From assembly GCA_045638685.1 (NCBI GenBank), contig JAZUBT010000007.1, positions 130,551 through 194,550 on the forward strand: a stretch of DNA of 64,000 bases, given 5' to 3'. The notes beneath the pieces were generated by a model. It did not search any database, had not been told where the DNA came from, and worked only from the letters and a program-made list of their open reading frames with translations. This document shows positions 49,031 to 61,200 of this stretch, one piece after another; within the stretch, counting starts at the first letter, position 1; each line of letters opens with the position of its first letter. Both the position numbers and the translations under genes were made by a program. Source of the stretch: Eubacteriales bacterium (GTDB lineage Bacteria; Bacillota; Clostridia; Oscillospirales; CAG-272).

Positions 49031-52000
49031 TTAAGTCCTTTTCAGCCTTCTTTTTTTGAGTATAACAACCAACCCAACAAAAACGGAGAATAACAAAATA
49101 ACTATGATATAATACGATACTATAAAATCTGCAATATCTTCTATAATGGTTTTAAAATTGACTGCTCTTCTGCTATTCCAATTTTTATGCCATTTCGAAA
49201 TATAGCACTGGTTTCGTGTATCTGAATTAGTTACCCTTGTATTCTCATTAAAGACCTTTTTGCCTATGTACTCTACATTATCCGCCAAAGATACATTCGA
49301 AAGCTTTGTGCAATCGTAAAAAGCATAGTCCTCTATAATCTTGACGTCACCGGCAAAAACAACGCTTTTCAAATTATTACATCCGCTAAAAGCCTTTTCT
49401 CCGATTTTTTCAACACCGTTAAGAATAGAAATTTTAGTTAGTTTTCCCATTCCCGTAAACGCCTTTTCGCCGATGATAATCTCTTTTCCGGCTATGGATA
49501 TATTTTTTATACCGGAGATATTTTTAAAATATCCCTTTGAAATTTCATGTACGTCACCAAGCGAAATTTGTGTTATTGAAGATGCGGTGCTGCCCAAATA
49601 GTATTCAAGGGGGGTGGCGGATTTGTCAGTAGACCGAGAAACCGTTAATTCTTTGACACCCGAAACGTTATTAAATGCATTTTCAGCGTATTCACAGTTT
49701 GGGTAAAGCGTCAGCTTTTCGGATAATTTGCATCCGTAGAATGCGTTTGCTCCAATAAAGCTTAGGCCCCCTAATTTTATGTCATTTAACGAAACACAAT
49801 TTTCAAGTGCATTGGCATTCAGCTTTCTTATTCCGCCCCAATTTTCAAACTTTGCCAAATGCTCACAGTTACTAAAAGTCTTTTCTCCAATCTCATCGGT
49901 CGAGGTAGAAACTGTAACATCGCTAAGTAGTTCACACTCGGCAAACATATAATCGGGAAGCTTTTTGATTTCGGACTCTATCACTGCATTTTTCAAATTA
50001 ACACAATTCGAAAAAGCCCCCTTTCCAATTTCATTTATATTTTTGGGAATGGTAATTGAGGTAAGTCCCGTATTTTTAAATGCGTTTTCTCCGATTTTTT
50101 TATAATGCGTAAGATCAAAGCTTTTAAAGCCTGTAAAGTCGGCAAAATAATTATCAGGTATAGTCTCAGTTCCCGTTAAAATAAGTTCATCTAATGTCAC
50201 ACCAAACTTTTTCGGAAAATAGCTTACAAACGTTCTCGTATCGGCGATAGGAACTGTAACTTCTCTTATAGAATAACACCCACTAAAAATCTCTTTGCCT
50301 ATTTTTTTAACAGCGATTGGAATTTGAATATTAACTAATGATGTGCAGTTATTAAATGCATGGTCATCGATTTTTGAAATGGTATCAGCAATAACCAATT
50401 TCTCAAGCGAAATACACCCGTCAAACGCATACTTACCAATTTCCGTTATATTTCCGTTAAACACAACGTTTGTTAAACGTGAGCATCCGGCAAAATAATT
50501 TTTTGGAATTTTCCTCATCTTAATGGCTTCAACCGTGATTTGGGTAAAATTTTTCACCACTTCCGTTCCAAAAAAGTCTTTGAGTGGCTTATTAAACAAA
50601 GAAATTTTTATCTCGCTTAATTTGTCACAGCCCATAAATGTATTGTCCGCTGATTTGTTAACGCTTTGTCCCAAATCAATAGAGGTCAGACTATCACATT
50701 CTGCGTAGGCATATTCTCCTATTTCTTTTATGTGGTTTGGAAGAACAACCTCGGTTATCGAATCACAATCATAAAATACATAGCTCGGAAGCTTGGTAAC
50801 GGATTCATTAAAGGTAACCGCAGACAGCTGCCTGCAGCCATAAAACACTCCCTCACCTATTTTACGTGCGTCTGATACAAAGCTGAAATCACTAAGATTA
50901 TAGCAATTTTTAAAGGCGTACTCACCGATACTTTGAATATCAGTATCAACAGTTAATACCGAAAGAGCGTTGCACCCCTCGAAATAAGAGCTTGGTATAT
51001 ACCGAGCATAATTCAAATGCACCTCCGTTAACGTTTTTATGACACCCCCATCGCATATATCGAACAAAGAGTCTTTTTTCGAAGTTATAGGAAGAGTTAA
51101 GCTTCTGAGATTTCCACATCCGCCTAAAACGTTTTCCCCTATCTTCTTAACAGAGATTGGAATTTGAATATCAACTAATGACGAGCAGTTATTAAATGCA
51201 CGGTCTTCGATTTTGAAAACGGTATCATCAATGTTTAATGCCTCAAGTGAAACACACCCGTCAAATGCATACTTACCGATTACCGTTATATTTCCGTTAA
51301 ATTCAACGTTTGTTAAATGTGAGCATCCAGCAAAATAATTATTCGGAATCTCCCCTGTCTCAACAGCTTCAACGGCAATTTGTGTTAACTTCTTTGCTTC
51401 TTCCGTTCCCAAAAGATCTTTAAGAGGCTTATTAAACAAAGGAATTTTAACTTCCCTTAAGTTATCACAGCCCTTAAATACGTTATCTTCTGATTTGTTA
51501 ACGTTTTTTCCAAAATCAACAGATACCAGTCTGTCGCATTCTGCGTATGCGTACGTTCCCAATTCTTTTATATGGTTTGGAAGAATAACCTCGGTTATTG
51601 AATCACAATCATAAAAAACATAACGTGGAAGCTTGATAACGGATTTGTTAAAGGTAATCTCAGATAACTGCTTACAGCCGTAAAACGCCCCTTCACCAAT
51701 TTCAGCAGCGGTCGATACAAAACAAAAATCTGTAAGCTTATAGCAGTTTTTAAAGGCATATTCGCCAATGCTTTGAACTGCAGTGTCCATAGTCAGCACG
51801 GAAAGAGAGGAACATCCTTTAAAATATGCGTCGGGGATGTTCTGTGCATTTTTTAAGTGAACTTCAGATAAGTTCTCTACCACATTCCCATCGCATACGT
51901 TTATCAAATTGTCATTTTTCGATGTTACTGGAAGAGTTAATCTTCTAAGATTCACGCATCCGCCTAAAACGTTTTCGCCTATTTCCTTAACAGAATCCGG

Positions 52001-55000
52001 AATCTGAATATCAACCAATGACGAGCAATTATTAAATGCACGGTCACCAATTTTTGATGCAGTATCAGCTATATTCAGCGAAGTTAATAAGACACATCCG
52101 TTAAACGCATATTTACCGATAGATGTAATATTACCGTCAAAAACAAGATCGGTTAAATTTAAGCAATCGGAAAAATAATAGTCGGGAATCTTTGTGTTTT
52201 TAGAGGTGTCAACCGTGATTTTTGATAGCTTTTCAGATATGTCGCTTCCTAAAAACTTATTAAGCGGTGTGTTAAGCAACGGAATGTTTATTTCTGTTAA
52301 TCTGTCGCACCCTGCAAACGCTCCGCTTTCTGCTTTAGCTACGCCTTTGCCAAAATCAATCAAAGTAATACTATTACATTCCGCATATGCGTAGGCACCT
52401 ATTTCCTTTATGTGATTCGGAAGACTAACCTCGGTTATTGAGTCGCAATCATAAAAGACGTAATCAGGAAGCTTGACAATAGTCTCGTTAAAGGTAACTG
52501 CAGATAACTGCTTACACCCATAAAAAGCTCCCTCGCCTATTTTACTTGCAGCTGTTACAAAACCGAAATTTCCAAGCTTTACGCAATTTTTAAAGGCATA
52601 CTTGCCTATACTTTGAACGTCGTTATCAATAGTTAATATCGAAAGCTCGGCACAACCATCAAAATACGAGTCGGGAATATACTTTGCGTTATTCAGACGC
52701 ACCGAAGATAATGTTTTTGTTACGTTTTCACCACATATACCCTTTAAAGTGTCATCCTTTGACGTAATCGGAACGGTTAAGCTTCTAAGCTCACTGCAAC
52801 CCGTAAATATATTGTCACCTATTTTCTTCACTGAAACGGGAACTGTAACCTCGGATATACCTTTACAACCGAAAAACGCCTCATCCTCTATACTTACCAC
52901 AGTGCTCGGTATAGAAAAATCCTTTAGTGACAAGCAATTATAAAATGCTTTTTCACTTATTTGGGAGATACTTAAATTCTCAAAAATAAGTTCGTTAAGC
53001 GAAAGGCAATTTGCGAAGGCTTCCTTACCTATTTTCGTTACGTTACCGGAGATTTTACAGGATGACAACCCGGTACAGTCCTTAAACGCATTATTCCCTA
53101 TCGAAGTAATCTCACCATTTACCGAAACAGTTTTAATATGTAGGCAAAAAGATAAGAAATTATCGGGAATAGTTCTACCGCCATCCAAAATTAAGCTTGT
53201 CAATTTATCAAGCTTTCCGAAAATGGCAGATAAATCACCGCCAGGTATTACAGAATAATTTTCAATACGCAAGGCTTCAATGTTATTACAGTTTTCAAAA
53301 GCATCTTTGCTTATTTTATCTACACTACCGGGTATCACCAGTGTTTCACTTAACTTACATCCGCTAAATGCATCTGCACCTATCTCAACAATTCCAAGCG
53401 GCAACACGTCAAACGACACGGAAACACTGTTTTTAAAGGCTGCCTTTGGTATTATTTTAAGTTCCTCGCTAAAGACAATTTTCCCTAGTGAGCTACAGCT
53501 TTCAAACGCATTATTCTCCATGCTCGTAATGGTTGACAGGTTTATATTAACCAGCTTTTTACAACCGCTGAATGCGTAAGCCTCTATCTTTGTTAAGCCG
53601 GCATCATGCGTTACCGTATGCAACAAAGAACATTTTTTAAATGCTTTTTGCGGTATTTCACGCACACTTTCCGGTAGCTTTACCGTTTGCAGCTTAACGC
53701 AACCCGAAAAGCATCCGTCACCCATTCTCTGTATCCCGGTATCCGATAAGTCAACAACCTTAACTTTTCTGTTTCTCTTGAACACGTTATCGGAAAGCAC
53801 GGATACCTGATAATCGTCTATGTTCCGCGGGAGGTCGTACACCAATTTCGTTCTATCCCTTAGTCCGTCAACTACTATACTGCTTGCATCGTTTTTATCA
53901 TAAACGTAATAGTAAGTTTCATTGTAACCATCATATCTGTAAATAAAATACAAATTAAGACTGAAGAAAATAACTGTAATTGCTAAGTAAGATGCCAGCG
54001 AGTATATAGAAAATTTCTTTCGCTTCGGTCTTTTAAATTGCTTCGCGTTTCTGTATAAGTTGAGCAAGGCCATCAAGGCACATCCCGTGATGCACGAGAA
54101 TATGATCATAAGATTATGCCTTTCCCACATCTCTTTTAGCAAAGTAAAGGTATAGGTAAAGGATAACCCTAATGAAACAAAGAACAAAATAAGTCCGCAG
54201 GCACTCGGGGTGTACTGAACAAATCCATCTATTATCTGTCTTTTTCTGATGTCCTTTTCAATGATTTTGTTAATGTGACCAAACATAGAATTTCTGTATA
54301 GGCTGTACATAAGTCCTAAATCAAACCTATACATTTGAACGTAATCCTCCTCACCATTAATATCATTAATGGCAGCAAGCTTAAGCTCTTGGGTGTCAAC
54401 GAGAAAACAATCCGTGGCCTTTTTAATTTTTCTTTGCTTGAAGCAATTCAGATCATTAGACAAAAAGCGGTAAAAAGAATTGAAAATATAACGGTAACCG
54501 TCAAGCTTTGCAAGCAATTCGTCCTTTGAATGCCGTGTCTTTTGAATTATTTTTTCATCAACAGACATTCCGAGTTGCTTAAACAACGAATCGTTCCTAT
54601 TAAAGGATAACGGCAAATACTTGTCAAGAATCAATAGTTTCCCGTACAAAAAACGGTATCCCTCCTCAATAAACTTCAGGATTTTTTCGCTGTCTTTTTT
54701 TATCAGGAGTTTGTTGCCGCGTTTAATCCATCCCCGAAGCTGTCCTTTGATTCTATATAAGGCGGTTATTTTGATTTTGTTTTTACACTGAGCATGATCA
54801 AATTTTTTCAAATTTTCCTCATACTGTTCGTTCCACAACTCGCTATATCTTTTCTCCGCGGCTTTTTCTTCACGTATCGCTTTATTGGCGCACTTAATAA
54901 ACTCTTCAAGATACCCGTATCGGGATGACTCCTCTTCGGCGCCATCCTGATTTTCCGGGCATAATCCCAAACCGACGTAACTTAAATCCAAAAGCTTCAG

Positions 55001-55270
55001 ACGGTAAAGTCTATTAATTGAAAATATTTCGCGGGAGCATAGCAGTTTCTTTAAGCTTTCCTTTTCCTTCAAAAATCCAAGCGTATCAAACTCAAGACGA
55101 CGGATGCTGACATCATAATCATGCTCTGCTATGGGCTTAAGCAAGTTTAACGTATCAACTAAATATCCGACGGTTATATCATTGGGTTTAATTTCACCGG
55201 GATCTCCCAGAACGATATTACCTTCGTGTAATTTGGATTTTTTTTGCATTTTAAGATTCTCCCACTTCAA
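49031..55270 (-). CDS. 2079-aa membrane protein: ~350-aa cytoplasmic N-domain, 3 TM helices, very long BspA-type LRR ectodomain, C-terminal TM helix with basic tail
   Basis: No signal peptide. Hydrophobic segments are ACGLILFFVSLGLSFTYTFTLL, LMIIFSCITGCALMALLNLY and IYSLASYLAITVIFFSLNLYFIY. Dozens of ...IGxxAFxxCxxLxxIxIP... units follow. C-terminus is YYIIVILLFSVFVGLVVILKKRRLKRT. Confidence 0.75.
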   Translation of the reverse strand: MKWENLKMQKKSKLHEGNIVLGDPGEIKPNDITVGYLVDTLNLLKPIAEHDYDVSIRRLEFDTLGFLKEKESLKKLLCSREIFSINRLYRLKLLDLSYVGLGLCPENQDGAEEESSRYGYLEEFIKCANKAIREEKAAEKRYSELWNEQYEENLKKFDHAQCKNKIKITALYRIKGQLRGWIKRGNKLLIKKDSEKILKFIEEGYRFLYGKLLILDKYLPLSFNRNDSLFKQLGMSVDEKIIQKTRHSKDELLAKLDGYRYIFNSFYRFLSNDLNCFKQRKIKKATDCFLVDTQELKLAAINDINGEEDYVQMYRFDLGLMYSLYRNSMFGHINKIIEKDIRKRQIIDGFVQYTPSACGLILFFVSLGLSFTYTFTLLKEMWERHNLMIIFSCITGCALMALLNLYRNAKQFKRPKRKKFSIYSLASYLAITVIFFSLNLYFIYRYDGYNETYYYVYDKNDASSIVVDGLRDRTKLVYDLPRNIDDYQVSVLSDNVFKRNRKVKVVDLSDTGIQRMGDGCFSGCVKLQTVKLPESVREIPQKAFKKCSLLHTVTHDAGLTKIEAYAFSGCKKLVNINLSTITSMENNAFESCSSLGKIVFSEELKIIPKAAFKNSVSVSFDVLPLGIVEIGADAFSGCKLSETLVIPGSVDKISKDAFENCNNIEALRIENYSVIPGGDLSAIFGKLDKLTSLILDGGRTIPDNFLSFCLHIKTVSVNGEITSIGNNAFKDCTGLSSCKISGNVTKIGKEAFANCLSLNELIFENLSISQISEKAFYNCLSLKDFSIPSTVVSIEDEAFFGCKGISEVTVPVSVKKIGDNIFTGCSELRSLTVPITSKDDTLKGICGENVTKTLSSVRLNNAKYIPDSYFDGCAELSILTIDNDVQSIGKYAFKNCVKLGNFGFVTAASKIGEGAFYGCKQLSAVTFNETIVKLPDYVFYDCDSITEVSLPNHIKEIGAYAYAECNSITLIDFGKGVAKAESGAFAGCDRLTEINIPLLNTPLNKFLGSDISEKLSKITVDTSKNTKIPDYYFSDCLNLTDLVFDGNITSIGKYAFNGCVLLTSLNIADTASKIGDRAFNNCSSLVDIQIPDSVKEIGENVLGGCVNLRRLTLPVTSKNDNLINVCDGNVVENLSEVHLKNAQNIPDAYFKGCSSLSVLTMDTAVQSIGEYAFKNCYKLTDFCFVSTAAEIGEGAFYGCKQLSEITFNKSVIKLPRYVFYDCDSITEVILPNHIKELGTYAYAECDRLVSVDFGKNVNKSEDNVFKGCDNLREVKIPLFNKPLKDLLGTEEAKKLTQIAVEAVETGEIPNNYFAGCSHLTNVEFNGNITVIGKYAFDGCVSLEALNIDDTVFKIEDRAFNNCSSLVDIQIPISVKKIGENVLGGCGNLRSLTLPITSKKDSLFDICDGGVIKTLTEVHLNYARYIPSSYFEGCNALSVLTVDTDIQSIGEYAFKNCYNLSDFSFVSDARKIGEGVFYGCRQLSAVTFNESVTKLPSYVFYDCDSITEVVLPNHIKEIGEYAYAECDSLTSIDLGQSVNKSADNTFMGCDKLSEIKISLFNKPLKDFFGTEVVKNFTQITVEAIKMRKIPKNYFAGCSRLTNVVFNGNITEIGKYAFDGCISLEKLVIADTISKIDDHAFNNCTSLVNIQIPIAVKKIGKEIFSGCYSIREVTVPIADTRTFVSYFPKKFGVTLDELILTGTETIPDNYFADFTGFKSFDLTHYKKIGENAFKNTGLTSITIPKNINEIGKGAFSNCVNLKNAVIESEIKKLPDYMFAECELLSDVTVSTSTDEIGEKTFSNCEHLAKFENWGGIRKLNANALENCVSLNDIKLGGLSFIGANAFYGCKLSEKLTLYPNCEYAENAFNNVSGVKELTVSRSTDKSATPLEYYLGSTASSITQISLGDVHEISKGYFKNISGIKNISIAGKEIIIGEKAFTGMGKLTKISILNGVEKIGEKAFSGCNNLKSVVFAGDVKIIEDYAFYDCTKLSNVSLADNVEYIGKKVFNENTRVTNSDTRNQCYISKWHKNWNSRRAVNFKTIIEDIADFIVSYYIIVILLFSVFVGLVVILKKRRLKRT
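50270..52790. repeat. three tandem copies of an 840-bp (280-codon) unit inside the LRR gene
   Basis: Homologous anchors (..gcagttattaaatgca.ggtc..) occur at 50341, 51181 and 52021, exactly 840 bp apart. Protein blocks LR(S/R)LT(V/L)P(I/V)TSK(D/N/K)D...GGC(V/G)N recur three times. Confidence 0.85.
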
Positions 55271-58200
55271 ATGAGCCTATACCGTTACTTAATTCATAAT
55301 TACTGTCATCTGCAAGAACAACCGTATAGTAATATACGCCCGGCTCGGTAAATTCCGTAACTAACGTTTTAAGAGTTGAATCGCTATATACGTTCAGCTG
55401 ACACTCAGGTGCTTGTTCACCCTCAACCAAACCTAAAAAGCTCGTCTCTCCAAGTGCTATTTTTGTCTCATCTACCGTAATAATACGCTTTTCAATTGTG
55501 AACGTATGTCCTTCTCCGTCGAAATCATAATTTAGTAATGCGAAGTTAAGTTCTACCGTTATGTAATATTCACCTGCGTCAGTCGCCTTAAATGTATAGA
55601 TAATTCCGGTTTCATTCTTAGAAACCGTCACATTTGCGTTGCTGTCATAAATCAAGCTTTTTCTAACGGAGTCTATATCAGAACTGAGTATTCCGCTAAG
55701 TTCAAGGACATACCCCTGCTCCTCACCTGAATAATCGGATGCTGTACCCGTCCAATTAGCAGTTATTTGCCTTTGGTTTACGGTATAGGTATTTGATGTA
55801 CTTTCAAAAATGTAATTTGTATTATTTAAGCTAAAGACGCTGATATTATAATTACCGCTGTCTTTGACCTTAAATATAAGCTTTATAACACCCGTAACGG
55901 AATTATCATAGGAATACTGATAGTTGGATACGAAAACGTCATTGAAGCTTTCAACGTTTACGAATCCCTTTACGGTTAACGTAACGATTTTTTCAGTTCC
56001 GTCATACATATCCGAAGCATTACCGGTTGAGGTAGACCATTCTGCAGTTAATTCTTTGGGAGCAATCGAAAAGCTTACGTTATTTTGTGCTGCAAACGTA
56101 TAATTGTTCAGTTTTTCGTTACTCCTTATGCTGAAGGTATACGATGTTGTCTTTGCATTGGCATTACCAAAGTAATAGCTTAATCCGTTACTGCTTTCTC
56201 TAATCTCAGGTACGATGTCCCCGGATGTTATCAAATAATCCTTGAACGAGGAAACGTCCTTAGCAACGATTCCGCTGATCTTCAGAGTTTTTCCTTGCTT
56301 TTCACCGGTATAAACATAGTTATCCGCTCCGCTCCACGTAAGTGTAACAGCCTTGGGTGTTACGGTAAACGTTTTCGTTTTCTCAGCATTCTCGGGCAGG
56401 ATATAATTTTTGCCGTTGTAGCCTGTTACGTTAAACGTATAAGTATTGGCATCACTTACGGAAACAGACAGTACCACCGATGCGTTGTCTTGGCTTATCG
56501 AGGTATCAAGCGTTCCGAATGAATATACGAAATTATTGAAGCTCTGTGATCCACCCTCGCTGTTTACAAATCCTGAAATTATCGCCTTTACGGTGTAATC
56601 CCCACCGAAATACTCGTTTGTAAAGTATCCGGATGACGATTCCCAGCTGATTGTTAACTCCCTGGGTGTAATTGAAAACGCTACGTTGTTTTGTGCCTCG
56701 AACGTATAGTTCTTTAATTCATCATTACCGGCAACGTTAAACTTATATGGCGTTTCTCTTGCATTAATAGCTCCAAAGAAGTAGCTTATTCCATCACCGT
56801 TTTCCTCAACCTTAGACGTTAAAGCATCTCCGGAAACCTCCAGATAGTTTTTGAATGAAGAAATATCGCTTGAAGCAATTCCGCTGATTTTTAAGGTTTT
56901 TCCTTGTGCACTGCCGTTATAAACATAGCTGTCTGCTCCGCTCCATTCGATGGTAACGACTCGAGGCGATACTACAACTTGCTTCTGCGATGCGGACAGG
57001 ACATAGTTTCCGTTATAACCGTAAATACTGAAACCATAGGTTCCCACATCCTTAACTAAAACTAATAACTCCACCGCATTGCTATGTTTGACTAACTTAG
57101 GAGTCTCTCCGGCAAAGCTATAACTGAAGTTGCCTACAGTCTGCGATGCCTCTTCTCCGTTTACAAAGCCCGTTACTTTCGCCTTTATTTCTTTGGTGCT
57201 GCCATCATAGTTAAAGCCTGCTCCGGACCAAGAAACCTGTAATGCTTTCTTATTGATTGTAAAGCTATTTACGGTTTCATTAAAGATATAATTCGTTAGA
57301 TTCGGGTTGCCAGAAACTTTGAAGCTATAAGTTTTTGCGTTAATAGCTTCAAAGAAATAACTTATTCCGTCACCGTTTTCCTCAATCTTGGTTATTACGG
57401 AATCTCCGGAAACTGTCAAATAATTTTTGAATGATGAAATATCGCCTGAAGCAATTCCGCTGATTTTTAAGACTTTTCCTTGCGCCTTGCCACTATATGT
57501 ATAACTGTCTGCACCGCTCCATTCGACGGTAACAGTTCTTGGTGATACTATAGCTCGCTTCTGCGATGCGGACAAGACGTAGTTTCCGTTATAACCGTAA
57601 ATACTGAAATCATAGGTTCCCACGTCCTTGATCGAAACAGAAAATCCTACCGCATTGTCTTGTTGAGTCAACTTAGGAGTCTGTCCTGCAAAGCTATAAT
57701 TGAAGTTACCTAAAGTCTGCGACGCTCCTTCTCCGTTTACAAAACCCGTTACTATCGCCTTTATTTCTTTTGTATCACCGTTATAATCGAAGCCTGCTCC
57801 GGTCCAAGAAACTTCTAATTCTTTCTTATTGATTATAAGTCTGTTTGCAGTCTCATCAAAGATATAATTGGCTAACTTTGAGTTACCGGAAACGTTGATA
57901 TTATACGTTTTCGCGTTAACTGCACTAAAGATCAAGCTTATACCGTCACTGTTTTCCTTAACGGTGGGTGTCAAAATATCTCCGGAAACCGTCAAATAAT
58001 TCTTGAATGATGAAATATCACTTGAAGCGATTCCGATAATCTTCAAGGTCTTTCCATGTGTGGTACCGCTATAAATATAACTCTCATCGCCAATCCACAT
58101 AGAAGTAACGGCTTTTTTGGTTATAGTAACCGTTTTTGTTTTTTCTGAATCATCGGCTAAAACGTAGTTTCCGTTGTAACTGTTAAGGCTGAACGAATAC

Positions 58201-61200
58201 GTGCCTGCGTCTTTGATTGAGACCGATAATTCTGCAGTACCGTTGTTGTAACTAAGCGTCGGGGTTGAGACTTTTTCAAATGAGTAACCAAAATTGCTCA
58301 GCTTAGGTGCTGCATCAACACCGGCGAAACCTGTTACTATTACCTTAACGGTATGATTAATGCCATCATATTCAAACGCATCCAAGGATTCCCAAGAGAA
58401 ATTTAGCACAGCCTTATTAATAATCCAGGTCTTTGATAATCCCTGTGTTGGCAACGTATAGTTTGAGTTTGAAAGACCAGTTGCCGTTGCTGTATATGAA
58501 CCTGCGTTGGTTTTGGAATAATTAGATAACTTAACGGTTACGGTATCTCCTGTACATACGTTCTTTACTGTACATCCCACAACGTGAGCAAGTCCGTCAT
58601 ACGTAAACGGATTGGAGTAGTCCCATTCCAACTCAGCTACTCTCTTATTAATTGTCATGGTACCCTTAGGTGCAGAGAAGCTGTAGTTACCAGAGTTGCT
58701 TATCGATGATAACTGATAATAATAAGTTCCCGCATTGGTTTGCGTAAAGGTCAGAACGGCACTTGTACCTGAAATCGTAAACCGATCGATAGACATTGTT
58801 GAGTCGGAAGCAGTAAAGCTTGACGCCGTCTTTTCGTTCAAATCATTTGCCACAAAGCCCGAAATTGTCATTGTTACGTTTTTGGGCTGTCCGCTATACG
58901 TAAAGACGTTCGTGTCGCTCCATGTTATCTGCAACGATTTCTTACCGATAACCCATGCATGATTTACCGTTGAGGGCAAACAGTAGTTTCCGTTACTGAT
59001 ACCTGTAAGAGTTGCCGTGTAATTTTTTGCGTCAATTCCGGAGCAGCCATTGTATACGAGATTAACCGTATCCTTAACACCAGTCAATACGTTAGTGTAA
59101 ATTGAATCGCTGTTAACCGTTGGCGTTACGTATTGCGTTGTTCCGTTATACGTTAAGGCCGAATCGGACCAATCAACGATAACTGGTTTCGGAGAAATGA
59201 TATAGGTTATATTAAGCGGTGATTTCAGCTTATAGTTGGAATCATCAAATATGCTACTAAGATCGGACACGGTTACTGTGTACTTTCCCGCATTCACGGC
59301 TGTAAGCTTCAAGCTTGATGCTGTATAGCTATCGTTTCCGTTATTGCCGTTATGACTGTATTCTAACGGATTAGTATCAAACAGATGTGCGTCGGAAAGA
59401 ACGTATCCCGAAATATCCAATGTCACACCCTGATATTTTCCGTTATAAACAAAGTTTACGCCCGAATACATAACCGTTATATCTTTGCGATTTATCGTAA
59501 ACGTTTTTTCCAGATTACTTGCACCAACGACTGTATAGTTACTGTTGTCAACAGAAACTACACTTAAGGTGTAAACGCCCGCATCCTTCATAGTAGTTGA
59601 CGTTATCGTTTGACCTAAATAGGAGTCTCCGCTAAACGAATATAAAATCGGTACTACGTCGTTGCCTACAACATTTGATACGCTTGCTGCAAAGTTTTTA
59701 CCGCTACCGTCATACGTGTATTCAGAAAGCGTAGGCCAGGTAACCGTGACAATTCTGCGATTAATCACGGAAGAAACCTCTGCACACGGATCGATTACGT
59801 AGTTATCGTTATTTTTGCATCCGATTATTTCAGCCGTATATACACCTGCGTTACTTGCAACGTAATTAAATACACAGTGGCTTGAATACGCTACCTCTTT
59901 AGTTAACGTGGCGTTCGACTGATTATGAACGTTATCGACAGAGAAGAAGTTCGATTCTTTTTCAGTGGGAAAATTTCCAATTTGAAGAGTTATAACGGGA
60001 ACCATTTCCCCATTATAGGTGTGAGCGGAATAGCTTATGTCTACCGTCAACCTTCTCGGTATAATCTCATAATCGCTCTCTTGGCTCGTCTCGGGCAATT
60101 TGTAATTTGCCGCATCGTCACCTGTCAGTTGGCTTATTTTAACCTTATAAAATCCCTTGCTTACGGTGCTTACATTTTCAGAGAAACTATTATAAACACC
60201 GTTACTGTTCATTAACGAATAACTGTATACAAGCTGTACGCTGTCAGAATTATAAAGATTGATTATACTTGCAATTTTTGATTGATGCATTGCATTAAAC
60301 TCAAAGCTGTTTTCAGATGACCAGTTTACCGCAATTTCTCTCTGAAGTATAACCCACTCCAGCTTGAATGCCTGAGGTGTAACCTTGTAGTTTTTGTTAT
60401 CAACGCTAATAACCGACGCTTCGTATCTTCCCGCATTGGTGCCGTTGCCGCCCAGTATAATGGTTGAAACCAAATCAAGCGTTTGCAGGTCTTCTCTTTC
60501 ACATCTGTTTGTTACTACAGCGTTTACCGTATAGAGTTGTCCCGCATAAGTGAACGGAGATACGTAATCCCAGGAGATTTCAACCTCTAACTGTTCAATT
60601 GCAAAGGTTAAATCAGTAATATTAATCGTGTAGTTTTCAAGCGTGTATTCGTTAAGAGTAACCTTATAATTTTGGGCATCAATTGCTTTGAATCTTGAAA
60701 CGTAGCAACTGCCCTCGATCATATCGGTTTCCTTTTTAATATTCGTGTCACCATTAAAGGTGTATGTAAAATTATTATCGACAACAGATAATAAGTCATT
60801 ACCCATAAATCCCGAATACTTTATTTTGAAGTACTTATACTTACCGTCATACACAGGACTAGGTATAACCGCATTATTCTTATCTACCGTTTCAATAACG
60901 TAACTCAGTGCTCTCTTTTGGATAGTCCACGTCTTATTACATGCTGAATTTGTTACGTAGTTAGGGTTATTGTCCACTTTTATAGACGCAGTATATGTTC
61001 CTGCATTGGTTGCAGTGTTATTTGAATAAATAAAATCAATAACGTCATTACCGCAAATATTTACGATTTTCTTTACCTTGACTGTTTTTTCCGTATCGTC
61101 ATAAGTATATTGAGGTGCGTCCCATTCTACCTCTAATACTTTCGGCTGAATGCTGAACGAATAGTCTACCGCGTTGCTAAAGGTGAAATTATTATAGAAT

